64,000 bases of DNA from an uncultured virus (IMG/VR IMGVR_UViG_3300026167_000080) (taxonomy: Duplodnaviria > Heunggongvirae > Uroviricota > Caudoviricetes): IMG/VR virus record IMGVR_UViG_3300026167_000080; one strand, 5' to 3'. Below are positions 61,756 to 64,000 of this stretch, in pieces. A program made the translations under genes and the position numbers. Within the stretch, counting starts at the first letter, position 1. Each line of letters begins with the position of its first letter. Below the pieces are notes generated by a model that saw only the letters and a list, made by a program, of their open reading frames with translations, searched no databases and was not told the DNA's origin.

Positions 61756-62403
61756 TTATATTAAAGTTAATTCTTTTCTTTGGGATATGTATCTAAGACA
61801 TTCAAATTTAATACCTTTCTTTAATATATCCTCTTCATCTTTAATAGATATTTGAGCTTCTGTTCTAGATAATAACTCTACTTTACCATCTTTATTGATG
61901 ACACAAAATCTGTCATTTATTAAATCTTCTAAAATCTCTTCTAGAACTTCTAATGCATAATGGTCCTCTTTAGGAAAATAATCATAGGTTGATATTATTC
62001 TTAACTTATCCTGCTTCTCTTTTTCCTCATTAGGATATAAACGCTCCCTTAGTGCTTTTGGGATTAACATTTTATATTCTTCTAAAATTATGTATCCTCT
62101 GATAGGTCGTATTCCTTTTAGTTCAATTTCATATCTCCCTTTATCAGTATCTAATACTAGAAAAGAACTTTTTATTTCCCATTCTTTTAATTGAACTTCT
62201 TTTAAACTTTTCAGCAAAGACCCTCTATTATTTGTCCAGTTATTAATGATTTTAATTATCTCTTCTACTTTAACTGGACCCCCCTCTAGATCCATGCTTG
62301 AATCAGGTCTTATTCTTATTAATGGTCCATTCATTAACCTATATGCAATAGTGCTATCAGTTTTATTTCTTTGAGCGTTATATTTTCTTGCTTTTAATTT
62401 CAT
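61756..62403 (-). CDS. hypothetical protein
   Basis: 215 aa ORF. Confidence 0.6.
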   Translation of the reverse strand: MKLKARKYNAQRNKTDSTIAYRLMNGPLIRIRPDSSMDLEGGPVKVEEIIKIINNWTNNRGSLLKSLKEVQLKEWEIKSSFLVLDTDKGRYEIELKGIRPIRGYIILEEYKMLIPKALRERLYPNEEKEKQDKLRIISTYDYFPKEDHYALEVLEEILEDLINDRFCVINKDGKVELLSRTEAQISIKDEEDILKKGIKFECLRYISQRKELTLI

Positions 62404-62580
62404 AATATTTTAATAAATATGGATATGATGGCTTCAATAAAAATAGAAGAAAGATGGAAGAAAGATAAGATTAAAGATAGAAGAGAGTCAAGTTTAAGTT
62501 ATCTTGAACTCTCTTCCCTCCTAATCTTTAATCCTATTTCTTCTGCTCAAACCTACTTTCATCTTGGCCTGGCACTAATC

Positions 62581-63231
62581 CTATCGCACCGTATAACTCG
62601 GGACGGGAGCATATTGAGCAGGAGTAGGAGCAGGACTAGGAGTAGGAGTAGGAGAAGACTCCCGTGTACTTTGAGCACGTTCTTCTCGTTCACGCTGTTG
62701 TTGCTCTCGGAAGTCCTCTACTAAAGGATGTTCAGGAGCCCCTAAACGTAACACAGAGGTTTCCATATTAACCGTCGATGGCCACATCGTAATGTTAAAG
62801 AAATCGACACGCTGGGTTCCGTCACTTAAATCGAGACCTAAAGTCGCTGGGAGAATCTCCTTGTGAGAAATAATTAACGTAGCCACTTTTGTATCTTTCA
62901 TGGCGGCGTTAACACGAGCGTAGTCTTCTTCTTTCATGTAGAGACGTACAGTGTCACCCTTTTTAATGGGTGCGATACCTAAGTTTTCATCTGTCTCTTC
63001 ATACTTCGTTCCGTTGGCTTCACGGACAACTAGGCTCGGAATGCATTGAGCATTACCTTCCGCATTGTCGATAAATTGACCAAGAACTAGTTTCCAAGGC
63101 TCCCCCTTGACCATTACATCCTTAGTATATAAATCGGGATTGTTTTTACCGATATAAAGGGCTACTCGACTAGTAGTCATTACTTGTTTTTGTTCTTGTT
63201 GGGTAGTGGAATTAAATTGGTTGATTTTCAT
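62581..63231 (-). CDS. hypothetical protein, possible paralogue family member
   Basis: DTVRLYM...VATLIISHKEIL resembles 55824 VTIQVTV...VTIRIPHAIL; Pro-rich tail; GC-richer codons. Confidence 0.7.
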   Translation of the reverse strand: MKINQFNSTTQQEQKQVMTTSRVALYIGKNNPDLYTKDVMVKGEPWKLVLGQFIDNAEGNAQCIPSLVVREANGTKYEETDENLGIAPIKKGDTVRLYMKEEDYARVNAAMKDTKVATLIISHKEILPATLGLDLSDGTQRVDFFNITMWPSTVNMETSVLRLGAPEHPLVEDFREQQQREREERAQSTRESSPTPTPSPAPTPAQYAPVPSYTVR

Positions 63232-63360
63232 TGTTTCCTTCCTGCCTTTTTACTTAGTACATTGATGGTCAATATTTAAGTTGATAACTTAAATACGGTT
63301 TGATGTTATCTTATATTGACCAAATTGTTTCCTTCTTCCTTGCTCTTTCTATCACTATTC

Positions 63361-63437
63361 GATAGATAGTACCATCTATGTATATAAGATAAAACTAGAA
63401 GTCTCATAAATTATATACATGGATGGTACTATCTATC
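63361..63437 (-). terminator. 27-bp inverted repeat (one mismatch) downstream of TilS-like gene
   Basis: GATAGATAGTACCATCTATGTATATAA / TTATATACATGGATGGTACTATCTATC. Confidence 0.55.
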
Positions 63438-63456
63438 TTTCTTTATTTCTACAACT

Positions 63457-63999
63457 CTAACTTAAACTAGCTAATAAAGCCTGGTCTTCTTTGTCTAAGC
63501 TAGTGATATATCTATTTAACCAATCTTCGTATTGATTAGCGAAAGCTCCTTGCATTTGTGAGATGGCTTCTTTGAGCGCTGGGATTAATTTCTCTACAGC
63601 TGCTCTATCACCATGACTATTCTCAGGATCCTCTAAATAAGGAATACTCTTACGAATGACCTCTCTTTTTATATCTTCTTTAGCCATTCGATATAGAGGT
63701 CTTACAACCTTTACACCTTGATGATTCCCTATTAAAGGAATAAAACATCTTCGACTATTTTTCAGTCTAGACATTATCCACGAAACTAATTGATCTGTTT
63801 CATGATGAGCTACTAACAATACAGGTCGTTCATTAGAAGCTGTATTCGTTTTATTTAAGACTCTTGCAAAGAATTTATATCTACTATCCCTCCAATTAGC
63901 TTCCTTATTGTTATTACTACAATCCTTATTATGGATTCCTTCTAACTCACTACTAAGTATTAAAGGTACTTTATATTGATTACAAACCTCCCTTAATAA
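63457..63999 (-). CDS. TilS/PP-loop-like tRNA-modifying protein, 5'-truncated at window edge
   Basis: Frame open to the window end: EANWRDSRYKFF...LLVAHHETDQ...VVRPL...K...IPYLEDPEN...R. Confidence 0.8.
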   Translation of the reverse strand, partial: LLREVCNQYKVPLILSSELEGIHNKDCSNNNKEANWRDSRYKFFARVLNKTNTASNERPVLLVAHHETDQLVSWIMSRLKNSRRCFIPLIGNHQGVKVVRPLYRMAKEDIKREVIRKSIPYLEDPENSHGDRAAVEKLIPALKEAISQMQGAFANQYEDWLNRYITSLDKEDQALLASLS

Positions 64000-64000
64000 A

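Noticed and set aside
2825..62724. Short + strand ORFs antisense to long genes (e.g. 2825, 10320, 23132, 36341, 40583, 45621, 57121, 61121, 62419)
   Set aside because: Shadow ORFs of minus-strand genes with low-complexity S/L/F-rich translations.
1..64000. Genome-wide stop-codon reassignment
   Set aside because: Long ORFs are intact under code 11 and end with TAA, TAG and TGA; only one internal TGA case was found.
1..64000. tRNA or rRNA genes
   Set aside because: No cloverleaf/T-loop pattern or rRNA-like GC-rich stretch recognised. Short GC-rich patches (about 2141-2175, 18637-18660, 37020-37055) do not fold as tRNAs by eye.

Overview
AT-rich window (about 30% GC by eye), almost entirely minus-strand coding and dominated by hypothetical proteins. 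It looks like part of a jumbo phage or other large extrachromosomal element. No rRNA, tRNA or recognisable virion structural genes are visible, and a cyanobacterial host is only tentatively inferred. Recognisable genes: a highly divergent two-barrel RNA polymerase fusing beta- and beta'-like segments (GDADGD), a family-A-like (TV-Pol-type) polymerase, a PIF1/RecD-like helicase, thymidylate kinase, a TilS-like protein (partial), YqeY, NYN, a 2OG-Fe(II) oxygenase, a SLOG/DprA-like protein, a REC-PAS-GGDEF(degenerate)-EAL protein, GIY-YIG, HNH and LAGLIDADG-like nucleases, a TnpB-only IS200/IS605 element, and several enzyme homologues that have lost catalytic motifs (CysRS-like, ClpS-like, HExxH-like). 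The most unusual feature is a non-coding array at 16967-19675. It has nine irregularly spaced units, each a conserved, covarying stem/handle (minus strand GAUUCC-UUACAGC...GGARUC-AG) enclosing a unique 15-39 nt loop, making it a candidate non-CRISPR guide or antisense small-RNA array. A paralogous family of at least four unknown proteins is also spread across the window. All protein calls are by-eye motif recognition, not database searches.
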